NCBI GenBank assembly: GCA_965153285.1
Contig: OZ229113.1
Source of the DNA: Podarcis tiliguerta
Lineage: Eukaryota
Length of the DNA: 64,000 bases
Strand: one strand, 5' to 3'
A program made the translations under genes and the position numbers. Of the stretch, positions 11,828 to 25,457 are shown one piece after another; the stretch's first letter is position 1, and each line of letters begins with the position of its first letter. Under the pieces are notes generated by a model. It had not been told where the DNA came from. It saw nothing but the letters and a program-made list of their open reading frames with translations, and made no database searches.

Positions 11828-14800
11828 CCTTATCTTATTGTTGGATGGAGAGAAAGGAGGTGCCTTTGGTACATCTCTAGGAAGTAACTTCCATCCAGAC
11901 ACTGAGAAGGCTGTATCACTATGCCCCTCACTTTTGGCTATCCCCCTCACTTTTGATGTCAGGTGAATATTTTTTAAAGGCCTCCAGTGACAACTTTAAC
12001 ACACCAGCAGATTTATATGGTGATTCTTCAAGCACCTGGGCCCACTCCGCTTAGGGTAGGCATCAATTGAAATGTGCCTGGAAACAAATTTATACCCAAT
12101 TCAGATCTTTGAGCACTATTGCAATATGTTCAAAGCAATGATTCCTCTCTGTTCTACCCTAGCTGCCACATTCTGGACCAGGTGTGTAGAAGCTTTGAAG
12201 GCAGATTCACAGAAAGCATGTTATTGTATTCTAACCTAGAGTTACTAAGGCATGGGTGACTATTTTCTTTTCCCAGAAGAGGATACAGCTGGTGAATCAA
12301 CAAAATCACACCTGGTCAGGGATGCCACCTGAACAACATGGAGCAGGGTCCAGAAGCACTCCCAAACTACAAAATCCAATCCTTAAAGGGAAGAGCAAAA
12401 CCCATCCAGAAGTGAAAACAAAAATCCAGAACTGTTGAACTACTTACCACCAACGCCTCTGTCTTGTTTGGGTTATGCTTCAGTTTATTTTCTCACCCAG
12501 TTCATTACTGACTCCAAATACCTGCTCAGAATGTCAGCTGCTATGCCTGGATTAGATGAAGAAGATTAACAGAGCATGGTGTTATTAGCATACTGATGAC
12601 ACTTCAGAATCCCACACATTTCTCCAAGCAGTTTCATATAGATGCTAAATAGCTTTGGAGACAAGATGGGAAATTGTGGCATTCCATATACCGATTGCCA
12701 TGGGGTATAGGAGAAGTTTCTGAGATGATTATTTGAAAACTTCCCAACAGATGGAACTACTGGAATGTACTCAGTGCTTTTCTTCTAGACATTTTTCTAT
12801 GAGTTTTTATTATTATTAATGTCTAATTTAAAATAATAAACAAAACAAAAATCTAGAGATACTATTTATTATCCCAAACCTGATTTTTCACAACCTGAAG
12901 ACTTGTACTATAATTACTCTTATTTAAATTTGGATAACTATCCACAAATACTGTACAATTATCTAGGTGGCCTACAAAAGGATGGATCCATGATCTTTCA
13001 TGGAACCTGTTCCCAAACTGTATCTGATTTGATCCGATCTGATCTAGGATTTGCAAGTTACCTGTAGGATTAGAACTAAGTGAAAGCAGGAAAAAAATAG
13101 TTTGTAAACATAAAAGCAGTTAGGAATTGTATCATACATTTTTGCTTTGTAGACATCTTATGCTTGTCTATTCAAAGGTGAGTACAACAGAGTTCCATAG
13201 GACTTATTCCCAGGCAATTAAGTATAAGAATAAAGCTGTAATCAATAACAAAATGCAATGTTTGCACAAATTCTATAAGCCGTATTTTTTATACCAGTGG
13301 CTTTGGTAAGAAATGATAGTGAAGGCTGGTGCTTCTACAGACTGAGAGAAGTGGTCCCCCCCCCCGCCGCTAAGCATTAGGACCACTAGTTCAAAAAGGA
13401 AGCTTGCTCTCAGTGGCCTATACTTGCCTCAGTTTAGCTGAGCACTCTCTTTGAATTCTCACAATGCTCATTGTTGCCTTGTCTGCTTATTTTTTGTCTC
13501 AGACTTTGATTCTAAGGTTCTGAACAGGTTCTGACACACATGGCTTTTTCCCTCATGGAACTAGTGTTATGGAATGTGTTCCCTGCTGAAATATGGGGGA
13601 TCGCATCTGTAGTTGTACTCTAACAGCTTCTGAAGATGTATCTGTTTACACATGCATTTCGTGATCTCACAACCCAGGTCTCCTGTTTTAATTACGGTGT
13701 TGTTTTAATGAGTCTACATTACACAGGACTTAGGATGGCCCTGAGGAAATGAAATACAGGCTGTGCTACATCTGCGCCCCTCCCTTTGTCCCAAGCGCCA
13801 ACAGATTTGGAAATCTTACATAAGACTCCAGTACAGAAAGCTGAAAATTCTCCCAGTTTATTCAGAAGCTGAGATGCGCTACAACTCCCATAGAGCCACC
13901 TCTGTCCACCTAGGAGTAAATATGGCAAAAGCTTAGATTCCACTGTAATCTCCAGACTCTGTGGAGAGACATCACCTGCACCTACAGGATAGTGATATAT
14001 ATTTGCTTTTGAGCATGAAGCTAAGAACTTTCATGGAAATTTCAGGTATGGGAAAATACTGTCAGCTGGACGCTGAGGGGTATGGATAAAGGGAATAATG
14101 CTTTATCTTGAAAGTTCCTGTGTTCACCTTGACAGCTGTATCCTTCTTTTGCTTATGTGCTCGAGTACTCATGGTGACTTTATTCAGAGCCTTAAGGTAG
14201 GATTGTCAAGCTTTTCTTCTTTTACAGAGACTTCATGAATTTAAGAAGAGCATGTTGGGCAAAAATTCAGCTAGTGTAAGATCTGTTGCTCCTACAAGTT
14301 GCACCTGTTGAATTTGTGTCATGCAGCAATTAACCTTGGCCAGAAAGGCATTTGAAATAATCCAAACAGGGGGCATTTCTCCAATGATTTTAACCTCATG
14401 AATTGTACCAGATTACATGTCTTTCCCCCTCACGTTAGTGAGTGACAAGAGAAGTCACACATTGAAATTTTACCTTCTGTTCAATTCTTCTTTGGGAAAA
14501 TTCCCAATGATAAGTACATTTTAAAGCAAAATATTGTTGTTTTTATTTTATAAAAGCCCTTTTTAATTCAGGCAAAAAAGCCATTCAAAAAAGCACATAC
14601 TTTCTGCATGTATGGGCAAGAATTCCACCACTGCAGGCTGAACGATCTCTTGCTTTTCTCTCCCTGTACACTTTTCTGGGAGTTCTCCCACCCACCCAGA
14701 CCCCGGCCAATGGGGGGGGGGCATGCAGGGGGAGCCTCACTGCACAAGTGGAATCTTTGAGCAGGGCTTCTATGGATGGGAATTATTTTCTGAATCCTGC

Positions 14801-15010
14801 CCATAGAAATTCACTTATGGAATGTACAGTTAATTGTGTATACTGTCTTGACCTGCTGGGAACTGCAAGATTGGTTGACTATTTAACTTCTATAGCACTT
14901 AATAAATTAAAATAGCTCTAAGCAGTATATAGAAAATTGAAGAAACAACAGAGAACTGAAACAAAAGATTACAAAAATATGTGGTTACATATAAAAAGGT
15001 TACATTAATA

Positions 15011-15251
15011 CAGTAGTACCTTGGATCCTGAACACTCTGGAACTCGGACGTTTTAGCTCCCGGACACCACAAACCCAGAAGTGATTGTTCCGGTTTGCAA
15101 ATATTCGTTTGTAACCCAAATGTCTGATGGGGCTTCCACAGCTTCTGATTGGCTGCAGGAAATTCCTGCAGCCAATCAGAAGCCACAATTTGGTTTTGGA
15201 AGTTGAACAGACTTCCGGAACGGATTCCGTTCGACTTCCAAGGTACGACTG
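15011..15251. mobile_element. Tigger/mariner-like MITE with central palindrome
   Basis: TA|CAGTAGTACCTTGGA ... TCCAAGGTACGACTG TIRs; internal perfect inverted repeat at 15141-15183. Confidence 0.8.
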
Positions 15252-15615
15252 TGCAAAGTTACTAAATGTCTATAAATATCAATTCATTATCTTCTGATGC
15301 ACCCTCCCTCTTAGCCTGCAGGTTCTCACCCAGGGTCACTCACAAAAGTCTCACAAGAAGAAGAGTTCATGAGAACAGTGGCTATCACCTTAGGCTCTCA
15401 CTCTAGACTTGCTTTTTATGGGCAGGCCCAAGGTGGATGGTACTTCCTTAAGTTGTCCAATTCAGCTGCACTCTCCACACCCAGTTCCAGGCACAACAGG
15501 CTTGTTGAATTTCCCAGGGGATCCAAAGAATGGGAAGAGGGTCCCCTTCCACTCACAGTGAAGGAGTTTAAGGGAGGTCCAGAGTACTGTCTCACAGTGT
15601 ATAGGACCAAGAGGC

Positions 15616-15965
15616 ATGGACGGTGAGGGAGCTGCTCCAGCGACCTGCAATACCTATGCTATGTTTGTCTTTCTGCCGGAGAACATGCAACAGCACACTT
15701 GCAGCAAGTGCAAGCTGGTTGTCTTGCTGGAAGAGCAACTTGAGGCCTGCCTAGTCACACTTGGAGCTACAGGACAACATGCAGCATTTCTCAATAGAGC
15801 TGAGCTGACTGTGATGGAACAACACCACAGATGGGGTGCCCCCTAGGGAGGAGGAAGATTGCCCATTGCAAGAGACTAACCTCCCTGGAGGAATGTGATG
15901 CACAGAAGGACAGTCATGAGCCACACTTTGTCTTTGGAGCTGCAAAATCGCTTCCATATCCTAGC
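15616..15965 (+). mobile_element. Decayed CR1 LINE ORF1 fragment
   Basis: MDGEGAAPATCNTYAMFVFLP...TCSKCKLVVLLEEQLEA resembles the CR1 ORF1 zinc-finger/leucine-zipper N-terminus. An LQNRFxxL motif follows in another frame near 15940. Confidence 0.65.
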
Positions 15966-16074
15966 TCCTCTGGCCCAGAATCAGTGTCCAAGATGAGAGC
16001 ATGGAAGCCTCCTCTTTCTTTAAGATCGGTTAATAACTTATCTTTTATTCTTGGCTTCTTGCCTCTCTAGATAA

Positions 16075-16400
16075 ATCTTGAAATGTCTTTCTGCCAATCC
16101 TTAAAACAATTCATGTTACTTATCCCTGGGATTGGTTGAAATAAAAACAACGTTTTCGGCAATACATTCATCTTAATCTGACAGATGTATTCAAACCACC
16201 TTTACTCTGGTAAACAGTTTTTGAATAGTGACAAAATCCTGAAAAAAGTCTTTTTAACCAAAGTCAACAGCTGGACAAAACAATTGTGCATTGTAAATTA
16301 TAGGAGGTGATGCCTCTTCTCAAACTACTTCGCTGTAAAAAACAACGTCTACCTCCTGCCTAAAATGAACCACCAAGATTTTACTGCCGCTGCTGTAGAC
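16075..16400 (-). mobile_element. Possible decayed hAT transposase fragment (TTF-type zinc finger)
   Basis: Minus-strand translation contains RWFEY ... CFKDWQK, reminiscent of WLEYS...GFxxWKK; heavily degraded. Confidence 0.3.
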
Positions 16401-17559
16401 AGATCATATGCATCCGTAACAATTTCTGACAAGGAAATATCTTTAACGACAGTATGAGAGACATAGATTTGATGTGTAAAACATTCTCCAGCATGGATAG
16501 ACAGTAACTGGGAAAGCATGATGTTTTTGTTGGTTATATAGCTTCTGAGGAATAGGATGTCTGCCAGAAAACGTCTGGTAACACTGATAGAAGAGCCTGT
16601 TTTTAGGTTGAAATTTCCTTTTCAAAATATCTCATTTTCCTACTTTCTAAGCAGTTCACAATATAAGAAAGGATAATCATAATACAGGAAGTTGGCCTCA
16701 GGATGTTGGTCTTCCTACTTCATTAGAACATATATCAATATTAATGCTGAACATCTTGCTATTTAATTCATCTTTTTAAAATTACATTAAGCTAATTTGT
16801 TTCTGCTCCAGACAAGGGCAAAGTTGTTAGGCTAAAATGTTTCATTGAAAACTATTATGTTAGAATGTGAAAGAAAGCTGTCAAATATAGTTGTTAAACA
16901 CAACACTAATTTGTTACAGCTTCTGGTAAGGACTGGTTTAAATGGCATGTCTAACATTTATGAAATAATTATACAACAAATCATTATTGTAGCAGCTCTG
17001 GGTATGAGAGAGATAGCTACATCATGATATTGATGATAAATTCATCAATCATATTTGATGCTTAAACAAATTATTTTATATTTCACATTAAGTGCTTGGT
17101 TAACTGTGATCACTTTTAACAAGGGGCAATATTCAATTAATAATCTTAATGACCATGGTAGTTAGCCATCAGCATTTGCAACATCAGCAGAGCCTATGTC
17201 GTGCACAATAGTAATTTGTTGAAGTATGAGCACTTGGTAAAGAGAATGTCCAGCTTGTGCTGGAAGCCTCTAGTCTCAGACATTTGCCTTCCTTAAGGAG
17301 CTTTGGATCTGCTCCAAAGAGGAAACTACCACTTGATATGCCATAATTCTAGGCTTGTTCACATGTTACACTGAACACATGTCCAAACTGCCTCTACACA
17401 CCCAAAGACCTGTGTTGGCCCATCAGTACATACAGGAGTTTTTGAAAGTTTGTCCACCTTTGGCTCCTCGACATGCACTCAGTTCTCACCTTCGGCTCCT
17501 AGAATCTGTCAGCATGTGACAGTGGCCACACCCTGGGAATGGCTTTGACTGGATAGCCA

Positions 17560-18180
17560 ATGAGTTTCAAACTCTTGGTGAGTTAAGAACTTCCTCTGCC
17601 TGTGAAGACAGTAGAAGACTATCAGTGCCTCCAACAGTCAAGAAGGCAGTTGATGCATGTGCTGTAAAGGGAAATGAGGAGCAGATGGGGCTTGTAAACC
17701 TGGGAAGGTAGCCCATGTTGGGATACTGCCAGGGAGACAAAGGCCATCATGCAGCCTACACATCGTCTCCAGACGATCTCTCGATCTCCCGTAGAACAGC
17801 ATCAGTCAATTAGCAACACGAGCCTCAGACACATTCCAAGACTCATGCACGCCCTTTTCAGCAGACTCCGCAACAGAAGATGCACCCAGAGGAGCATATT
17901 TACAGCTTTATTCAACGTTGGTCAGAACAAAGGAAAAACATGACTGCTTGCCTTCGTGTCGAGGAGATAGCCAGAGACAAAGGCTATATACAAAACGGAA
18001 ACTCCCTGTGAGCAGGAAGTACGCACGTTTGTGACACACAACAGCCTGTTCCCTTTTTAAGGAGGAACGGAAATATCCTAACATCCCAGGAAAAGGAAAA
18101 CTCTGATTCTAAACCTCCATTGCCTTGAGGCTATAGTCTTTCATGAGAAAGGCTTTGGGAGTAAACCCAAGGAAAAATTT
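17560..18180 (+). mobile_element. Old RTE-like 5' fragment split by the solo LTR
   Basis: GGGAAGGTAGCCCA...(LTR)...GGAAAAGGAAAACTCTGATTCTAAACCTCCA resembles squamate RTE 5' UTR sequence; recognised by pattern only. Confidence 0.4.
17716..18083 (-). mobile_element. Solo LTR (368 bp, Gypsy/ERV-type)
   Basis: TG...CA ends with inverted termini TGTTGGGATA / TATCCTAACA; 5-bp flanks GCCCA / TCCCA. On the minus strand a TATA-like TATATA (~17990) lies upstream of AATAAA (~17910). CpG-rich relative to its flanks. Confidence 0.8.
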
Positions 18181-21100
18181 GTACCCACTGCCTTGTGGGG
18201 CATACTTGGAAGAAGAAAAAGCAAAGGAGTAAACCCTACACAAGAGTGGGCGGTGTCTTGTATGCCTCTTTCTGGCAACTCCTTCACCCAACCTGGTGCC
18301 AAATGTATTGGTCTGCTTTCCTTTGGACCACATCAGTGAAGCCAGAAAAGGGTATTGTCATCTGGGCAGTCCAGGAGCTCCATACACATTGCCCTGCAGT
18401 AAAAGCAACATGGGAGGCAGCAGTTATGAGTTATGGGTCTCTGCAGCCATGGTGGGTGCTGTGATTCTCCAGCGGTTTGACTTTGCCCCCAGAAGCACAC
18501 TCCATTTGTCTTTTGAGACAGATAGATACCCACATCTATTTTGTGTTCTCATTTTGTATTTTTGTGTTGTGATCATCATCATCATCAAAATCTTAAAGAG
18601 GACCTCTTCCAAAATAAATCTGCATAACTGCTCCATTAAATAGTGTAAGATGACATCGTTCCCTTATGTCACCTTCACCCTGTGTCATCTTCATTGTCTT
18701 TATCATCTGTTAGACAGATGCACGTTCAGCGCATGTTGTACTGCAGAGAAAGCTCCCATCATTGACTATGCTGGTCAATTGACCATGCTAGTCGAGTCCA
18801 ACCACTAGAGAGCACCATGTTGTGTACCCATGTCCTATTGTGATGAAATCACAGCTATGGGAATTTCTAGGGAATGTCTCTCTAGTAGGATCTACCAAGT
18901 TTAGTATCTTAGAATCTTTAGAAGGCTTATTCAGACTGTAATTTTAACTAGGCGTATGGCCTCATTGGGCATAGTAGGAACACATAATATTGTACTGCAA
19001 GACATTTTTATTTAGCTAAATTCATAGGCATGGAAGATTATGTTATTCCTGGTGTTGTTTTTCTTCTCCTTGTCCTCTGATTTAATTATCTCCCTTCATT
19101 ATTTTGATTTTATTAGAAGCGTTTTTTGGAAAAAAATTTTTAAAAGAAAATCTTCCATTTCTTTCAAAACTGCCTCGCTGGTGGGTTTTTTGGCCATTAA
19201 AAGGTGGTATCTAAATGCCAAGTAGGGTTTCAATCCTCTTACTGCAGTAAAATACCACTCAACACAGTGGGACTTACTTCCAAGTAAACATGCATAGGAT
19301 CGGGTTGCACATAACATGTTGAAAGCTGATGACATAAAATTTAAATGCTTTAAAGCAAGATACTTCTAAAGCATTGCACATATGGGGCAAAATATAAATG
19401 AGTTTCCAGATGTGACCTGCCAATAGAGAATAAATACAAGATTATATTTCTGTAGCTCATGTCCATCTATCTCACTGAGCACACAACAGGTAAAGGGGTA
19501 TGGCTCATTAGCTATAGCTCATTAGATGTTATTCTACTTCTCTCCCTACACCGAATGTTCCCACAACTGTTATTGAAACAGGTCATGCCTCATTATATCC
19601 TAAGGAAAAGTTTTCTGTATTCGTGCCACGCTATCAAGTTGTAGGCATCGCTCCGATAAAAGCTAGATGACATATTCGGGATTGCTTGGACATAAAAGAA
19701 TTTTCTAGCGATAACCTCCAGGTCTGGGGCTCATTTGCTGGGCAGCTGCATTTACTTCACCCTGAGGGCTGTTTTCTGTGAAAGCAGCAAATACAAAACA
19801 TGCTTTCAGTGGTGCCACCAAGGGAAGACCTGGATAGAAGATGTCCTGGGCCCCACTCAGCAGAATGAGGAGGGCCCCAAAACAAAGCATTTTGAAGATC
19901 AAAAAAGTAATATACGTTACCACTTAGAGACTCCCCTATCCTACTCCCTGCCCAGTAAGACCATTAAGTCCAGAATCTGAAATGACAGAACAGCACACGG
20001 CACACTTTGAAGCTTCATTGATGTAATTATCCTACCTTTTCTGTGAAAACAGCCCCACACAGCCAACCTGAACTCGTGGAAACCAATTTAATCTCTCCTT
20101 CTCTCTCTGTGGCAAGCCATGCCCATACTCAAAGCAATGACTGGCATTCTTCCAGAGGAAAACAAACACATTTAAAAACATTTCCCTCTGAAAAAGGGAA
20201 GCAAGAAGAATACAGTGGTTAAAGTCCACAGTCCAATTTGACTGTTTCACAAATGAAGCTAGTAGTTGCCTATAAATGTTACTACTATGCAACAGCAGGC
20301 ACTCGTGATTGTTTGTTTCCTGGCGGCAGCAATGGCCCATAAATATGTCCCTTGTTTTCTGGATCAAAGCCAAGATCCAAAACATATAATTATTATGTAG
20401 CAAACACTCAATAAGATACTTTGGTGCGGGAGAGGGTGCTACATTATAACCTATTATATTCCATCTCTATTTAACAGAATTGTGCAGAAGGGAGTTGTTT
20501 CCCCAAGCAATTTTATACAGAAGACACCTTCTAAAAGGACCGACTGCATGTAGAGAATTCATTCACATGCATTTAATTTTCTACCTGCATCGTTTTCAGC
20601 CAATCCTTTGCTACATTCATGCCATACATTTAAAGCACCATGATACCACATAAAGTCTTGATAGAAATACATCTGGGAGCTGTTGTTTGTCAAGGATGCT
20701 GAGAGTTGTTGGGAGACCCTAAAAGACCTACAATTCCCAGAGTGGTTTAACCATCAATCCCTCTTCATAGTGAATTCTAGGACTTGTAGCTCTGGGAGGG
20801 CAACAAGAGGTCTTCTAACCCTCATCACTCCTAACAAACTAGAGTTCATATAATTATTTGGGGAAAGCTATGGCTAAATGGTATCTTAGTGCTTTAAATG
20901 CACTCATGAATTCCACCCAAGGAGCTCATGAGTTCCGCCCATTTTATTATCACAATGTAATCACAATTACCACAGTAACCAGGGGTTGCCAGTGAGGTAC
21001 CTGCAGGCACTCAAATACCCACAGAAGTCTTCCCTGCTTCTTGAGGGGTCCTCCCCCACCACTAAAATCAGACTTGAACAAATATTCCATTGGAGGCTGA

Positions 21101-21959
21101 ATAGGTTGCAGTGTGTCCTTGGTTGTAGTGGGGTGTGGTGTTCATCATGGCAGTTTCTTCAGTATGCAATGGTGCCCCAAGGACCCCAAAAGCTGGCAAC
21201 TGCTGCTCAATCCACCACACAATGTGCCTCTCAAAATAAAAGACCATCCTCCTGTAAAGGTAGATGTGGTGTTGGGATGTGTGTGTCTGTACACAAATCC
21301 AAGGTTTAAGTTCCTGATCAGCTCTAAAACTCACTGGGTAGCTTACAGTTCATTCAAAAGGGAGCATCACTGAAGAGACTTACTGATGAGGTTTTTTAGG
21401 ACTGCAGCCTTAGAGTTCATTTCACAATCTTTCAACCTATCTCAATATTTAGCTGTTTTGTGGATAAATGAAACACCCCGTTATAAATGCCTTGAGTTAC
21501 TTGGGGGCAAAGATGGGATTCAGACGATAGTGAGATAATGAAATGAAGGGGTGGGGAGCTGCTGGCTGTGTGTGTGAAATTAGGCAACTTTATTTTTGAG
21601 CAGATTGCACGTTTGCTCCTAAGGACACATGCCTGTGTTCAACTCAGTTCCTGAGAAGTGTATTTAGGACTGCAACCTTGGAAGTCTTTTATCGTTAATT
21701 TCTGACATGCAAAATTGAAATCCTAAGCTTGCTGACCTGGGTTTCACTGCTAAACTGACATGTATAGGATTGTACTGTTAGGTAGCAACTCTGCACCCAA
21801 AGAAAAGCACATAGTTCAAACCACATTAGCACTCCTGGTTAGAGAGCTCCACCTGCTCCCACGTAAGCAGCCGCGGCTCTCACCCTTTGCATAATACTAC
21901 TTTTGGAACACGCTGCCTTCACGCTGACCTGAAAACACCCCGAAGTTAAACACTATGGT

Positions 21960-23140
21960 ACCTTAGCGCTGCGTCCCCAAATTCATTTACTTGGGATTAA
22001 AACCTGTGGGATCTAAAACGCCGCTTACTACTTCCCTGTATCCATGCCCTAGCGTCGACCTGTTATGCCTCCTTGGGCTGCTTCTGGTTTATACGACGCA
22101 ACTCCATTTGAGGCGTGCACTACGCACTTGTGCATTGTGTGTCGATGGCGAAGCCCCCCTCCCCTCTTTCTCCAGCGCAGCATTTATTCATTTATTTATC
22201 TATCCCTCTCCCCCGCAGCCTCGCTTCCCAAAGGCGCATTTGCAGCAGCGGCCGCCGAAATGCTAATAGTCCCCATCCTGTGCGCACGCGCGCAGCGAAA
22301 CCGGACGCCCTTTCCAGTTCCTCCCCATCTTGAAATTGCCACCGCGACGCTTGAGCTCCTCGTCTCGGAAAAAGCAGAGCCGCCGGGCAGCGCAGGCACG
22401 CATGCGCAACAAGCCAGCAAACCACCGCTCGGCGTTCCCTTGTCCCCCGCTCCCTCCCCAACAATCTGCGGGACGCGAGTGGAACCGCCAGAGGCGCACG
22501 CGCACTTCAGAGCCTCTCCGGCCGCCCATCTCCTCGCCGCAGCGCTCCGCCCCCTTTCCCTGGCGCTCTCTTTTATCGCTCTTTCTCTCTCTCTGCTGTT
22601 GGCGGGGGTCGCTGTTGCAGCGCTATGGCCTCGCCCGCTTGCCCTCCTCCTCCGACGTCGCCTCAGCCCGTCACTCACCTCATCTTTGACATGGACGGTC
22701 TCCTCCTGGGTGTGTAGCGCGCCGCCCTCCTCTCCCTTTCCCCCTCCACTCTTGCTGCCGGGTATAGTAATAGTAACTGGGACTTAAGCAAGTGCGCGCT
22801 TCCTCTCGCCGCCGCCGCCGCGGGGCTTGTGGAGAGCTCGGGCGCGTGGCTTTCAGGCTGCCCTCGGCGGCGGGGTCACGGAGCAAAAGTGCAAAGAAGG
22901 GCGGCGATATGCCTTCTCATGTGGTGCTTCAGTTCCCCACCCCTCACCCACTTCCCATTTCTTAGGCGCTGGTCTGAAAATGCAGATGAGTAGTGTGTGG
23001 ACATGCTCACTCCCCGCTCCCCCCCCCCAATTCCAGGAATTTTAATGCATTTGCCCAGGCTGTCGTCGTCGTCCCGCTGCATTTATTTAGGGGCTGTGCA
23101 AATGCGTCTTGTGCGCGCGCCTATCTAGAGCGTGACTTCC
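21960..23140. promoter_or_regulatory. CpG island; PUDP promoter and probable shared bidirectional STS promoter
   Basis: Sharp rise in GC and CpG around PUDP exon 1. NRF1-like GCGCAYGCGC motifs at ~22281-22294, 22396-22408 and 22494-22504. No TATA box obvious. Confidence 0.85.
22625..22709 (+). CDS. PUDP: PUDP (pseudouridine-5'-phosphatase, HDHD1) exon 1
   Basis: GCTATGG Kozak context. Encodes MASPACPPPPTSPQPVTHLIFDMDGLLL with HAD motif I (DxD). Phase-1 donor G|GTGTGT at 22710. Absent from the ORF track because it is short. Confidence 0.96.
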
Positions 23141-23589
23141 GCAAACAGGAAATCAAAAGAAGGGCAGGTTTTGGAGAACGGTGCACAAGCTGACAGGGGT
23201 GGTGTGTGGATGGGGATCGCCATAACCCGGTTTGGTCACTTGGGGTGCTTCTTGCATGGTTTTTTTTTTTGGGATGGGATTCGGTCACGTAGCGGCAAAC
23301 GCAGCTTTCACGATTGAACTGGAATGAAAGGGAGCTGCTCTCTCTTTCCTGCTCCCCGCCTCCCTCTCCAAATCGATCTTTTTATAGCAAAGAAAGGTGA
23401 TGGGGGTGGGTGGGGAGGTAGCACTGGGTAACAATGATTCATGAAGCAGTGCCCTCTCACCTCCCCGCAGACCCTCAGAATGGAGGCTCAACAAAGAGCT
23501 GGTTTAACGCGAGGTTTGACAAATTAATAAATGCATGATAAACTGGATCCGGAAAGGTGTCACATAATACTTGTTCGGCATTTATAAGA

Positions 23590-23890
23590 AATCGGCCTTT
23601 TAGTGTGTCGGCTCTCACACTTTGGAACTCACTTCCTATTGACATCAGGCAGCTGCCTTCACTATACTCTTTTCGGCACCTGCTAAAACATTATTGATTA
23701 TATAGGCCTACTCATAAATGTAGATTGTTGACAAGTGTTTTAATTTGTTTTTAGCTTATTGTTTTTATTTTCTTTTGAATGTTTTTAACTCTTTTTATTG
23801 ATAATTTTATTCCTTTTGTAAACTCTTTTGAGTTGTTTTTTTTACAATCTAGCAGCATCTAAATTTTATGAAATAAAATATTAAATAAAT
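23590..23890 (+). mobile_element. L2-like LINE 3' end
   Basis: RPFSVSALTLWNSLP-type C-terminal coding remnant, then a T-rich UTR and an AATAA-type tail. Confidence 0.65.
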
Positions 23891-25457
23891 GAGTCATCTG
23901 GAGGCGACTTTAGACTTTAAATATGGTAGTTTTAGTTCTGCTGAAATGAACAGGACTTTTGATAGCAATTACGTGTCTAGGATTGTAATTCTAAACGGAT
24001 ACTGTAATCCTATACTGTATTCACTTGTTCACATAAGGTTGTGAAGTAGGCAGCAATGGCAGCTTGTTTCCTATTATTTGATTATAGAGTTGTAAACAGA
24101 AGGATAGTCTTGCATTTGTTTGGTATTGATCACAATGAGAGCACTTGCTTGAAAAATTTGCAGTTGTGATTAAATGGCCTTCAGGATTGCAGTGCTAACC
24201 AAGGCATTGGTTAACATTGGGAACAGAATATTAGTGTAATTGTTTGCTGGATGGGACTCCTGTAGTAAGTATGTTGTGCCCATAGAATACAGTAAAAACA
24301 AGTTTCTCCCCATAAATACTTAACATGGAAATATTAGCAAAGCTGTTTGCGGAAGATAGAAATTTTGTATGGCCGATACGTGTCAGTATGGTATTAACAT
24401 GTTATTTATTTAGGTAATTTATTGAACTGCTCTGCCTTAAAATCTCAAAGTGGAGAAGCAGCAGTATTGCAACAAAGGAGTATTTCTCGTACTTGATCAT
24501 TCATAATTACTGCAAGATTTTTACACATTGCATCTGGTTTGAAGGCTGCAGCACATGGTTTACAGATATGGCTTAAAGTTCTCTAAAGTGGTAAATTATA
24601 GGGCTAATTCTTGCTGTTCTTTGAAAGACCAGCTGCATTTGGAGCCGGTTTTCCCTTTTGTACATGCTACAATGTATGTTTGTTTTGTGCTTGAGGATAT
24701 CTCCTCAAATGCAAATAAAAAGCCTTGGGTAAACCCATGTTGGGTGTATAATTACTAGTGATTTGTGAGTACCATTGAAAGACACACATAAATTAATTGG
24801 ATTGTAATGGGAAACAGTTTTATTAATTGAATTAAATAGGCAAGGTATTAATTACACAAGATTTGCCCAAACAATTTAGGCCATTGATGGAGCTCTTGCC
24901 CCTGTGGCGTGGCTGTCCCACCAAAAATGGCCTCCAGGGGCTGGCACAGAGCTGAGCTGCTCCTGTTGACAAGTCTGCTAACATTCTGTGAGGATATGAC
25001 AGCCACCCAGCAATGCTACCTGTCTGACATTTTCCCCACTATCAAAGCAACAACAGGTCAGCTAGCTGTCCTAACTTCTTCTATATGCTGCAAGTGATAT
25101 TTCCTGCCTTTTAATCAGCTCCCTGGCTCTTCATCCACCACCAGCACATCTGCCAAGTTGTGATGAATTATTAGGCAACCAAGTGCAACTGAGTCCTCCT
25201 TGGCCCTGGGAAAGGTGAAAAATGTGATGTGTCCAGTGCTAATTAGCTGGTTGATTTTTTTTAAAAAAATCCTTCCAGGTTCCAAATGATATGTCATCTT
25301 CATTGCCAGAGATACAAACACAAGGTGGGTGCAAAACTTAAGACATTAGAAGCAAACAAACAACTTGAAATCTCCCTCTCCTCCTCAGATTTTAATAGCA
25401 AAAAGGAGAGTGTCTGTTATTGCCAGACTCTTGCTATAATATAATAATACTCAGTTA

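Noticed and set aside
22065-22787. 240-aa plus-strand ORF and overlapping minus-strand ORFs across the CpG island
   Set aside because: Low-complexity Pro/Ala/Leu/Arg products expected from GC-rich, stop-poor DNA; the real PUDP exon 1 is in a different frame.
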